This document shows positions 36,113 to 45,030 of a DNA stretch of 64,000 nucleotides, one piece after another. The DNA comes from Candidatus Saccharimonadia bacterium (GTDB lineage: Bacteria; Patescibacteriota; Saccharimonadia; Saccharimonadales; 2-12-FULL-41-12), in contig OY970327.1 in the NCBI GenBank assembly GCA_963717365.1, forward strand, positions 523,599 through 587,598. The letters are read 5' to 3'. How positions within the stretch are numbered: the stretch's first letter is position 1; every line of letters begins with the position of its first letter. The position numbers were made by a program, and so were the translations under genes. The notes beneath the pieces are model-generated. The model saw nothing but the letters and a program-made list of their open reading frames with translations, was not told where the DNA came from and searched no databases.

Positions 36113-37858
36113 TTATTGCGTTACTTGGCTGACCGCATAGTTTTGTATCAGCATATCCATCGTCTTGGCAAACATCGGTGCTGCAGCTGAAGTACCGGCG
36201 TAACCAGCAACTTTTGGTTCATCAACCCGTACCATAATTACATATTGTGGCTTGTCTCCACCGACATAACCGACGAATGTACCGTTATAACGGTCATTGT
36301 AGTAACCACCGGTTGGTTTTGGAACTTCGGCTGTGCCGGTTTTACCGCCAATACGGTAACCGTCACGCTTTAGAAAGCGGTAGTTATTCTTTACTGAATT
36401 TTCGTGCATCCCGCGGAGTACTTCTGAAATTTCCGGTTTAACCACGCTTGATTTTAATATTTCGTTATTACCTGATTGGTCAGGTTCTACTACATGGGGA
36501 CGATAGTAGGTGCCGCCATTTATTGTTGAAGAAAATGCAGCTGCAAACTGCAGCGGTGTTATATTTATACCCTGGCCAAAAGAGGTGTTAGCATACTGGA
36601 TATCTAGACCATAGCCTTCAGTCGGGCTCGGTACGAAGCCTTCTGCTTCATATCCCTGTTCGATACCGGTTTTCTGGCCAAAATGATAATTTTCAGTTAG
36701 ATAACGGTGCCAGGTTACCCGGCCTTGTTCGTTGAGCGAGCCGCCGCCCAGTTGCATCAAGATATATGTTGCTCCGGTGTTTAATGAGTAACGTAAAATA
36801 TCCGAAACACTCCGTGTAGCTGCTCCGCCGTCTTCTTCTACATTGCGAACGGTTGCATCGCCAATTTTAAAGAAACTAGGGTCATAGTACGTTGTATTAG
36901 CATTAACGACCCCTTCGTTCAGACCTGCAGCCACGGTTAGAGTTTTCATCACCGAACCGACTTCCATCGGTGAACTAACGGCCGCGTTAGTAAAGACTTT
37001 AGCATCTTCAACCTTAGAAAAATCTGCCGGATTATAGGTTGGGTAGTTAGCCATGGCTTTTATTGCGCCAGTCGCTGGATCCATAACAATAACGCTGCCA
37101 GATTTTGAATTTACCTGTTCTAGATGCGTTTTAAGTGTATCTTCTACCCGGCGCTGCATACTTAAATCAATCGTTAAGACCGTACGTTTACCCGCTTCCG
37201 AATCACGACGCACATTATCCCCTGCCCCCACCAATGGTACGCCGCTCGCATCTGTTATTGCCTTTAATTCACCGGGCTTCCCTTTCAGCTGGGCGTCTAA
37301 ATATTGCTCTACACCATACTTCCCTTCCCCTTCGTCATTCACAAATCCAAGGATCTGAGCACCCAAACTACCCTGAGGGTAGGTTCTCTGTGGCGTGGCG
37401 CGTGTGCCGATGCCTTTGATATTTAATTTATCTAGTTCCTCGTGTTTATTTTTGGGCAGTTTTTTGGCCAAAATTGCATATCGGGTGTCTGTGCGCATTT
37501 TTTCTTCATACTCAGCCGCGTTGCCGCCTATAATTCGCGCAATTGCGTCGGCTGTTCCACGTTGGTCAGTTACAAACTTAGGGTCGGCAAATAGCGTATA
37601 GACTTCTTCATTAAGCACTATTGGGACTACATTGGCACCGTCATGAGCTTCAATGATACCTCTGGCAGCTGGAATTTCATACTCCTTATACTGCCCTTGA
37701 TGCGCTGCTAAGCTATAGTGGTCATGTTGGATAATCTGTAAATAAAACAGGCGAATTATAAAAAGGGCGAACACAATCAAAAGAACCCCATACCAAACGT
37801 TGAGGCGGAATGAACTGAAATAGACAGTTGGTTTCGATTGAGAAGCTTTTGGCCGCAT
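36113..37858 (-). CDS. ftsI: penicillin-binding protein (FtsI/PBP2-type transpeptidase)
   Basis: TM anchor plus dimerisation and transpeptidase domains (GSVMKT is the SxxK motif, with KTGTA also present). The ATG at 37858 is preferred over the TTG at 37876. Confidence 0.85.
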   Translation of the reverse strand: MRPKASQSKPTVYFSSFRLNVWYGVLLIVFALFIIRLFYLQIIQHDHYSLAAHQGQYKEYEIPAARGIIEAHDGANVVPIVLNEEVYTLFADPKFVTDQRGTADAIARIIGGNAAEYEEKMRTDTRYAILAKKLPKNKHEELDKLNIKGIGTRATPQRTYPQGSLGAQILGFVNDEGEGKYGVEQYLDAQLKGKPGELKAITDASGVPLVGAGDNVRRDSEAGKRTVLTIDLSMQRRVEDTLKTHLEQVNSKSGSVIVMDPATGAIKAMANYPTYNPADFSKVEDAKVFTNAAVSSPMEVGSVMKTLTVAAGLNEGVVNANTTYYDPSFFKIGDATVRNVEEDGGAATRSVSDILRYSLNTGATYILMQLGGGSLNEQGRVTWHRYLTENYHFGQKTGIEQGYEAEGFVPSPTEGYGLDIQYANTSFGQGINITPLQFAAAFSSTINGGTYYRPHVVEPDQSGNNEILKSSVVKPEISEVLRGMHENSVKNNYRFLKRDGYRIGGKTGTAEVPKPTGGYYNDRYNGTFVGYVGGDKPQYVIMVRVDEPKVAGYAGTSAAAPMFAKTMDMLIQNYAVSQVTQ

Positions 37859-37891
37859 GCGCGTCCCTTCTAACAACGAGGAACTATAAAC

Positions 37892-38236
37892 TTAACGGAT
37901 AGTAGCCGTTGGTGCTACCGTTACCAGTCCTTGAGAGTTCTGGTTTGCGGCAACTCGGTCTATCGACTGCAGACGGGCTGCCGTCAGCTCAAGTTCTTCG
38001 TGTTCTTTTTGAAGCTGTGTGTGTTGTTTAGATAGGCCGTCTATAGTATACCCGTTCGCATTGGTCTTTGTCACCTGTGTCAGATACAGAAGCCCTAGCA
38101 AACAGCTCATAATGACGAGCATAATTGTGTTACTGATCGGTCCAAGTGTTCGGACTTGCTCGTTAAAGCTGACTGCATTCTGATGGCGTACGGCAAAACG
38201 TTTGCGGCTCATGGCGGATGCGCTGGAGTATGTCAT
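37892..38236 (-). CDS. ftsL: FtsL-like cell division protein
   Basis: Its position between rsmH and ftsI, and a single TM helix followed by a coiled-coil (LQKEHEELELTAARL). Confidence 0.6.
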   Translation of the reverse strand: MTYSSASAMSRKRFAVRHQNAVSFNEQVRTLGPISNTIMLVIMSCLLGLLYLTQVTKTNANGYTIDGLSKQHTQLQKEHEELELTAARLQSIDRVAANQNSQGLVTVAPTATIR

Positions 38237-38284
38237 ATGCTTTTCTTTTCTATTTTTGTTTTTATGTTTATTTTTACGATACGG

Positions 38285-38322
38285 GAAGGCATTTCCCTTG
38301 GGAGAAATGCCTTCGCTTTTTT
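38285..38322 (+). terminator. plus-strand intrinsic terminator inside the minus-strand dcw cluster
   Basis: GAAGGCATTTC (38285-38295) pairs with GAAATGCCTTC (38304-38314), then GCTTTTTT. The U-tract exists only in plus sense. Confidence 0.45.
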
Positions 38323-38446
38323 GTATCGTCGAACTTACGAGTTCATGTTATTTCGTAGCTTAAACTACTTTAACGTGAACTTTGTAAGCGCGGGAGCTGC
38401 TTTTTACCTGGATAGGCATAATGCGAACCCCCTTCCTTTTTTATTT

Positions 38447-39322
38447 TTATTTTCGCTGCGAAGCTCGCAGTTTTGCACTGCGGGCCCGCGGATTGGATGA
38501 ACTTTCTGAGGGTGTACTGGTAATCGGCTGTTTTGTCAGCAGATTAAGCTCAGCGTCATAGCGGTTTCCGGCGTGTTCGCTAAAATAGCGTTTCACGATT
38601 CGGTCTTCCAGACTATGAAACGATATTACGGCTAATCGCCCATCTGGTTTCAGTAATTTATGCCATAACGGCAAGCTGTTACTGAGTTGATCCAGTTCGG
38701 CGTTAACTGCGATGCGCAGTGCCTGGAATACCTGTGGTCCGAGCCGTACTTTTGGAAAGCGCGGAGTACTGGCATTGATAATGCCAACAAGTTCGGTAGT
38801 CGATGCTATGGGACGGGCTTCGATAATTGCGTCGACGATCCGATTAGCTCCGCGGACTTCACCATACTTTTGCAAAATTGATACAAGATGTTCTTTGCAA
38901 TACGTATTGACGATTTCTGCGGCCGTTAGGGCGCTTCTAGGATCCATGCGCATATCGAGCGGTCCGTCGTTTTGCAACGAAAATCCTCGCTGTGCGTTGT
39001 CAAGGTGCGGTGACGATAACCCAATGTCGGCTAGTATCAGATCAAACCGTTCGCCTGTTTCATATAACTGCTGGCTGGCTGTGTAAAAATCGTTGTGCTG
39101 AATTTCAACACGAAGGTCTTTTGCAAACAGTCTTGTTAAGTGATCAATGGCGTTCTGGTCACGATCAACCAATACTGCGCTGCCGTTATCGCCGAGCCGT
39201 TCCAACACGCGCCGAGCGTGCCCACCATAGCCTGCTGTCAGGTCCAGGTAACGCTCTCCTGCGTGCGGATTTAAGTACGCGATAACTTCTTCCGCCAGTA
39301 CCGGTATATGCTTGTCTGTCAC
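38447..39322 (-). CDS. rsmH: 16S rRNA (cytosine1402-N4)-methyltransferase
   Basis: HIPVLAEEV, DLTAGYGGH, DIGLSS and SFHSLEDR motifs. GTG start. Confidence 0.9.
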   Translation of the reverse strand: MTDKHIPVLAEEVIAYLNPHAGERYLDLTAGYGGHARRVLERLGDNGSAVLVDRDQNAIDHLTRLFAKDLRVEIQHNDFYTASQQLYETGERFDLILADIGLSSPHLDNAQRGFSLQNDGPLDMRMDPRSALTAAEIVNTYCKEHLVSILQKYGEVRGANRIVDAIIEARPIASTTELVGIINASTPRFPKVRLGPQVFQALRIAVNAELDQLSNSLPLWHKLLKPDGRLAVISFHSLEDRIVKRYFSEHAGNRYDAELNLLTKQPITSTPSESSSNPRARSAKLRASQRK

Positions 39323-39778
39323 GTTGCTTTCTTTTGTTTTACCATGGTGCTTGTTTTTTGTTTTTATTTTTATTTTTACAAAACGTTTTTAACATTTTAT
39401 TCAAGGTCACCTATTCAGCAGCCAATTTTTTGTTTTTCATTTTTTATGATGTGACCATCGTTTTTGTTTTTGTTGTTTTATGTAACAAGTTACATAAAGT
39501 GTCTTTTTTAGTCACCTTATTAGACTTTTTTGTTTTCGCATATTGATTTAAAAAATCGATCGATAACATCTATATAGGTAAAAGACGTGTAAAGTTTTAG
39601 AGACTTATGTGTGAGGTGGAGTTTTGGGAGGTGTTTTTTATAGAAGGTACGAAGGTTTTATCTCGTGGTTTGCCTTAATTCCACATATTGGCTGCCAAAT
39701 AGCTGACCTCGGATGTTTTTCCGGGTTTTTTACTACTATTATTTGTTAAAGAACGTTCAAAACTAAATCAGGTACATA

Positions 39779-40141
39779 TTATGGTTTTGCCATAATACGC
39801 CAGTAACGGCCAACCCCTACGCCAATAATTTCCCGGTCAATGCCGGCAAAATCCAGAAGGTGCTGCTCGAGCGTAATACGCCCTTGCTTATCATCGATGA
39901 GTGCTTCAATTTTACCCATCCGGAACTGTACGTTCAGATCGGCGATGCGCTCATCAAGGATGTCACCCTCAAGCCGTGGCTCTACCATGTTGTCCCAAAC
40001 ATCTTTGGGGTACAGGTGGAGGTACGCGCCAAATCCGCGAGTTACTACTGCCCCGCTCGCAAATTTATGACGAATTTCAGGTGGAATGGTTAGCCTCCTC
40101 TTTTCGTCAAGTTTGCGTTCGAAATAGTCGTTTATCGCCAT
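39779..40141 (-). CDS. mraZ: transcriptional regulator MraZ
   Basis: Two SpoVT/AbrB-like halves, LDEKRRLTIPPEIR and IDDKQGRITLEQHLL. Confidence 0.8.
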   Translation of the reverse strand: MAINDYFERKLDEKRRLTIPPEIRHKFASGAVVTRGFGAYLHLYPKDVWDNMVEPRLEGDILDERIADLNVQFRMGKIEALIDDKQGRITLEQHLLDFAGIDREIIGVGVGRYWRIMAKP

Positions 40142-40234
40142 ACTTGGTGCTTCGTGCCTATTAGTGGTTGTTTGATTAGATTTGTTAATCTAGTGGTTTT
40201 TATTTTTTTTGATCCTAAGGCAACTGTTTTTGGT

Positions 40235-40282
40235 TACCTACGATTACCCACTCCAATGATCATACTACCCACCCTACCCCAC
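40235..40282 (-). promoter_or_regulatory. candidate MraZ operator: four phased GT(A/G)GG(G)TA boxes
   Basis: Plus-strand TACCTAC at 40235-40241, TACCCAC at 40245-40251, TACCCAC at 40266-40272 and TACCCCAC at 40275-40282. The spacings are about 10, 21 and 10 nt. The boxes lie 95-140 nt upstream of mraZ. Confidence 0.45.
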
Positions 40283-40533
40283 TATCAATAGTTTTTTTAC
40301 AATATGCGGGATAATCTCTATATACTTATCCACAGTTTTTTTATTGCGCTATATGTAGCGTGTGGAATAAAATATACACGCTATTACTAGCGTGGGGACA
40401 ATTAATTTATCAATATCGTCAACATATACCTCGTATGAGTTATGTAAGCATTGTATCTAGATGGATACTGGTATTGGTTGCACTTATGTCTTAAATACAG
40501 CTATAGTCACTAGATTCACGGAAGGAGACAGCT

Positions 40534-41523
40534 ATTACGCACCACGAGTTACCTAGCATTACTGTTATCGGGGGCGGTACCGGTACCGCCACGATACTAA
40601 AAGAGTTAAAACACTTTACCCCACACATTACCGCGATAGTAAATATGAGCGACGATGGCGGTTCAAGCGGCGAACTGGTAAGAGCTCGCGGTGTTATGCC
40701 CCCCGGCGATATTAGGCAGTGTGCGACTGCGCTAAGTAATAACACCGAATTAGTCCGGTACTTTAATACACGCGGTGAAGATGGCCATCCACCCGGCAAC
40801 ACCTGGCTGGCTGACAAAGAGGAAAAATTAGGCAATATTGGTGAAGCAACTGAACTGTTTTGCGACTTACTTCAAACAACCGGACGGGTTGTACCGGTCA
40901 CCGTCGGGTCACACACACTCAAAATGAGCGATAACGGAATAGTCATTACGGGCGAACAAGAGATAGGCCACCGCCGCTTCACTGAGACTGACCCTACACT
41001 CTGGCTCGAGCCGGAGACAGGGTTGTATGGCGCGGCTGAGGTAGCTCTTCGTAGCACGGATCTGGTGGTGATTGCTCCAGGCAATTTGTATGGTTCTTTG
41101 CTACCTGCCTTAGCGGTATCGGGCATGCGAGAGACACTTCAGAGAATAAAGACACAAAAAGTAATGGTGGCCAATTTGCTTACTAAGCCAGGTCAGACTG
41201 ATGATTGGCACGTAGTTCAATATGTTAAAACCATGGAACAATACATCGGCTACGGTTGCATTGATACTGCCCTTTACAATACTGATCTACCGTCTGCAAA
41301 AATGCTCGAAGAATACTCAAGCCCGGGCGAACAGCCAGTGAAGATAGAAGCACAACGCTTCAGGGAAATAGCTGCTCGTTCAATTGGAGCGTTACTGCTT
41401 TCTAGAACAACTGCCAGTGTTTCAGAGAACGACCATCTTATGAAACACAAGCGAACGCAAATTAAACATGATGCGCGGGCAGTCGCCAGACAACTGATGA
41501 GTCTAGCTGCGACTAGTTACTAA
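40534..41523 (+). CDS. YvcK/GlmR (UPF0052, CofD-like) family protein, apparent ATT start
   Basis: ITVIGGGTGTATILKELK...VNMSDDGGSSG...PPGDIRQC matches the family N-terminus. The first ATG (40645) would remove the GGGTG motif. AAGGAG (40522-40527) lies 6 nt before the ATT at 40534. Confidence 0.7.
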   Translation: MTHHELPSITVIGGGTGTATILKELKHFTPHITAIVNMSDDGGSSGELVRARGVMPPGDIRQCATALSNNTELVRYFNTRGEDGHPPGNTWLADKEEKLGNIGEATELFCDLLQTTGRVVPVTVGSHTLKMSDNGIVITGEQEIGHRRFTETDPTLWLEPETGLYGAAEVALRSTDLVVIAPGNLYGSLLPALAVSGMRETLQRIKTQKVMVANLLTKPGQTDDWHVVQYVKTMEQYIGYGCIDTALYNTDLPSAKMLEEYSSPGEQPVKIEAQRFREIAARSIGALLLSRTTASVSENDHLMKHKRTQIKHDARAVARQLMSLAATSY

Positions 41524-41545
41524 ATTTTCCTGATTTATAGGTGAC

Positions 41546-42829
41546 TTAGTCGTTTTCACTAATTGCTTTAATACGTTCGCCGTACCACTGAGCACTTGGT
41601 CTGATTGTCCGTTTCATCGTTTTTCGATCAACTTCAACTAAGCCAAACTTGGGCCACCAGCCTTCGGCCCATTCAAAGTTATCCACTAAACTCCAATGTA
41701 GATAACCCCGGACATCTGCCCCGTCGGCCAGTGCTCGGTCCATAGCCGTAATTGTTTCCTCAATCCACCATTGTCGGAACTGGTCCTGGGCATCGGCTAC
41801 GCCGTTTTCTGTAACAATGACCGGTTTATTGAACTTCCTAGATAGTCGCATAATAACGTCGTAAACTCGCCCCGGCTCCATGTACCAGCCATAGTCATTC
41901 GTAGTTTCTGGGTCTTTGGGGTTGTCGATAGCTACCCCTTTCCAGTAGTTTACAAAGTAAAAATTCATGCCTACGAAATCTTGACACTTATTAATGCGTT
42001 TATAAAACCAGACGTCCCAGTAATAATCGCTGGCTTTAACAGCTAATCTTTCCAGCGGATTATTTTTACTGTGTGGAAAATTGGCGGTGGCATTTTGGGC
42101 CACGCCAACCTGCAGTTGAGACTTTACGCCTTTAAGGATTTTATATGACCTGCGGTGTGCCAACATTAAGTTGTAATACACTTTTAATGAAGTAATCGCT
42201 CTGTTACGTCCTTGCGGTGGCATTATACCCAGCACATAGCTGAACGAGGAGTATGTATTGGCTTCGTTAATAGTAAGCACGTAGGTCACGTCGTCCAACA
42301 ACTCTTCGGCTACCTTTTGAACAAACCGATCAAAATAAATCAGATTTTTCCGTTTCTCAAACGCCCCTTTTTCCTCGAACCAGACCGGATTGGTCCAATG
42401 CCATAAGTTAATAAACGGTTCCATGCCCTGCGCCCGTATATCTTTAATATACTGCTTATAGTGGTCAATTGCTGCCTGGTTCCACTCACCTTCTTCGGGC
42501 TCAATCCGCGACCACTCGATGCCAAAGCGAAAGGCGTTTAGATTTAGGCTTTTGGCAATTGCAAAGTCTTCTTTGTAGCGTTTATAGTGATCAACGCCCT
42601 TACCCGAGATATAATTTTCAGGGTTTTCAGCCTGGTCCTTAATTGCTGTCCAGCTATGCATCCAGTCCAGTCTTTTTCCGGCACCTTTGGCGTGTTCGGC
42701 TGCAACAGACAGTTCCCAGACTGACCACTGATTATGAGTGCCTCCCTCGACTTGATGGCTGGCTGTGCTGGCTCCCCAGAAAAAGTCTTTTGGAAAATGG
42801 TTTGTTTTCGACCCGGTTTTTGATTTCAT
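41546..42829 (-). CDS. glycoside hydrolase family 1 (beta-glucosidase-like)
   Basis: FPKDFFWGASTASHQVEG, LTINEAN (acid/base residue) and VTENGVAD (nucleophile) motifs. Confidence 0.9.
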   Translation of the reverse strand: MKSKTGSKTNHFPKDFFWGASTASHQVEGGTHNQWSVWELSVAAEHAKGAGKRLDWMHSWTAIKDQAENPENYISGKGVDHYKRYKEDFAIAKSLNLNAFRFGIEWSRIEPEEGEWNQAAIDHYKQYIKDIRAQGMEPFINLWHWTNPVWFEEKGAFEKRKNLIYFDRFVQKVAEELLDDVTYVLTINEANTYSSFSYVLGIMPPQGRNRAITSLKVYYNLMLAHRRSYKILKGVKSQLQVGVAQNATANFPHSKNNPLERLAVKASDYYWDVWFYKRINKCQDFVGMNFYFVNYWKGVAIDNPKDPETTNDYGWYMEPGRVYDVIMRLSRKFNKPVIVTENGVADAQDQFRQWWIEETITAMDRALADGADVRGYLHWSLVDNFEWAEGWWPKFGLVEVDRKTMKRTIRPSAQWYGERIKAISEND

Positions 42830-42847
42830 AATTATGAGTATAACAGT

Positions 42848-44425
42848 TTAATAGGAGTTAGTGATTTCTAGAATATCTGGACCGTATTTGGCAAGTTTGG
42901 CAGCACCAAAGCCGTTAATAGCCAGCAGTTGCGACTTTGATTTAGGATGGCGCCGTGATACTTCTTCAAGTGTTTTATCATGCGCAATTATATAGGCCGG
43001 CACTTTATCCACCGAAGCGCGCCCGGCGCGCCAACCGCGCAGCGCTTCAAATAATTCCTTGTTTTCAGCCGACTGACTGACTTTTATCTCTTTAGGGGCT
43101 GGCACATCCCCAATCTCGAGTGCCAAAGCCGCCGAAATCTCACGGAGCTGATTATCAAATATATAAATGTCGGGGTGCAGACGCAGCGCCATATCGTTGA
43201 TACCGCTGAGATATAACCCGTCAATGGAACGAACACGTGACAAAGCCACATATCCCATTCCGTACGTAAACGCCCGACTGAGATCGATGAGAGCACTGTC
43301 TAGGCTCATGCCCTGACTTTTGTGGATGGTGATAGCCCAAGCTAGGCGCAGCGGCAGCTGCGCCACGGTCGCTCGTTCGCGGCCGTCTTCTTCATAACGC
43401 CAGATGTGCGGCTCCACTTTTATAACTTTTCCGTTTGACTGGAGACGCACCCGCGGATAGCTGTCTTCAAAATCGACTACTTGACCCCGAGTACCGTTGG
43501 CAAAACCAGCCACAAAGTTATTAGCCACAAACATAACTTCAGCTCCAATCTTAAGCTCTAAGTCTATTGGTGCCAAAACGCTTTTCTGCAGTTGCTCAAT
43601 TGAGGGCTTGCGACCACTAGTTTCCATTTCGTAAAATTCACTGTCACCTGGCAGCAGCGCCAGCTGCTGGTCATTGATGGTATCGACATTGATATTGTGA
43701 GTATAGAGCCGGGTGACTACGGTGTCTTCATCGGGGATCAAGCCTACCCGCTCCTGCAAGGTTTCGCCGTGATATTCGTCAAAACTATCGGTGCGCAGCG
43801 CATCTAAAAGGCTAAGTAATGCTCCTTCATTTTGACGGTGCTGACTGGTTAAGTAACAGATCGAGGGGTTTAACTCTGCCCAGGCCTTAGACTGATGAAC
43901 GAAATCGTCCGGTGCCCTGCCACGATTAATCGGCGGTAACTGAAACAAATCGCCAGTCATAATAACTTGCATGCCACCGAATGGCTCATCGTTGCCACGC
44001 ATTAATTTTGCGACTTCGTTTATCATATCCAGTCTGGCGCCATGCAACATCGATATTTCATCAATAATTAATACATCTGTCATGTTATAGCGCTTATTAA
44101 GCCTGGCATTATCCGCCAGCCAAGCTTTATCTTGATTTGTAATTTCATCGCGGATACCAAGTCCTGACCAGGAGTGGATAGTGGTACCGCCAAGGTGGGT
44201 TGCCGCAATTCCGGTACTAGCTGTTACCGCCACCTCTTTTCGTTGACGTTTAAGATGACGAATGAGTTGATTCAATACATATGTTTTACCGCTGCCGGCT
44301 GGTCCGGTTAAAAAAACCGGCTTGCCGCTCATCATAATATGAAGTGCCTGCTCCTGGCGCATACGTAACTGTTCCCCTTTAGTGTCGCAAAGCAAATTCT
44401 GCCTGGCAATTAGTCTAACCATCAT
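42848..44425 (-). CDS. SF1B Pif1/RecD-type helicase with a C-terminal HRDC domain
   Basis: Walker A GPAGSGKTY, the IIDEISML and TIHKSQGMS motifs, and an HRDC-like segment LFEALRGWR...VPAYIIAHDKTLEEVSRRHPKSKSQLLAINGFGAAKLAKYG. Confidence 0.8.
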   Translation of the reverse strand: MMVRLIARQNLLCDTKGEQLRMRQEQALHIMMSGKPVFLTGPAGSGKTYVLNQLIRHLKRQRKEVAVTASTGIAATHLGGTTIHSWSGLGIRDEITNQDKAWLADNARLNKRYNMTDVLIIDEISMLHGARLDMINEVAKLMRGNDEPFGGMQVIMTGDLFQLPPINRGRAPDDFVHQSKAWAELNPSICYLTSQHRQNEGALLSLLDALRTDSFDEYHGETLQERVGLIPDEDTVVTRLYTHNINVDTINDQQLALLPGDSEFYEMETSGRKPSIEQLQKSVLAPIDLELKIGAEVMFVANNFVAGFANGTRGQVVDFEDSYPRVRLQSNGKVIKVEPHIWRYEEDGRERATVAQLPLRLAWAITIHKSQGMSLDSALIDLSRAFTYGMGYVALSRVRSIDGLYLSGINDMALRLHPDIYIFDNQLREISAALALEIGDVPAPKEIKVSQSAENKELFEALRGWRAGRASVDKVPAYIIAHDKTLEEVSRRHPKSKSQLLAINGFGAAKLAKYGPDILEITNSY

Positions 44426-44460
44426 ACCATGCCCGTGTTACGAAAAACTTTGTGTGATAT

Positions 44461-44988
44461 TTATTTTTGGTTCTGAGCAGGCAACTTAAACTGATGCTTT
44501 ACTGCTTTGATAAGTTGTGAACAGTCAGCTCTACTTACTGTTGCCATCTGGTGCACAGCATTTAACCATAGTGAGCCAAATGACTTTTCTTGAGTTGGTA
44601 GTATGTCGTATTCATCCTCTTCCTCATAAGAGACTATGACTTTTCTGCATGCGTGTGTAACCGAACTGGTGTCCCAGCTGAAATGATAGGTTGTCTGAGC
44701 GATATCTACAGTATCGTCTTCTTCATTTAAGCCTTGTTCCACCAACCACATCTCCCAGTGACGCCGCCTGGTGTATTTAGGGGTGACCAATCGTCCCATA
44801 AATTGAGCGGCGGCAAATTCCCTGCTTTCTTCAGGTTTAATTAATTCTTTTGGAAGGCATGCAGCAACAGCTGCCAACTCAAATAGTTGACTGGGCGCAG
44901 GATGGGTAGCTATTCCGGGACGATTCATCACATTATTCACAATATTTCGAGCAATTATACCACATATTGAACTAATAGCTGTTACCAC
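44461..44988 (-). CDS. hypothetical protein
   Basis: 175-aa ORF with an alternative ATG at 44928 (MNRPGI...). No recognisable motif. Confidence 0.4.
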   Translation of the reverse strand: MVTAISSICGIIARNIVNNVMNRPGIATHPAPSQLFELAAVAACLPKELIKPEESREFAAAQFMGRLVTPKYTRRRHWEMWLVEQGLNEEDDTVDIAQTTYHFSWDTSSVTHACRKVIVSYEEEDEYDILPTQEKSFGSLWLNAVHQMATVSRADCSQLIKAVKHQFKLPAQNQK

Positions 44989-45030
44989 CCCACTTCGGTG
45001 ATTTTCAAAACATTGCAGGGTAGCTTTTGT

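Noticed and set aside
39334-39546. A 70-aa plus-strand ORF in the mraZ-rsmH spacer. A 39-codon TTG-initiated ORF after GAGGTGGAG/GGGAGGTG, near 39620-39740, was also noticed.
   Set aside because: The 70-aa ORF is a poly-Phe/Leu translation of a T-rich tract, so it is a low-complexity artefact. The second ORF has SD-like sequences but poor spacing, and there is no supporting evidence.
40326-40334. A perfect DnaA box, TTATCCACA (plus a one-mismatch box TTTTCCACA at 31311-31319), raising the possibility of oriC.
   Set aside because: These are single isolated boxes with no cluster. There is no adjacent dnaA/dnaN and no AT-rich unwinding element arrangement. This is not supported as an origin.
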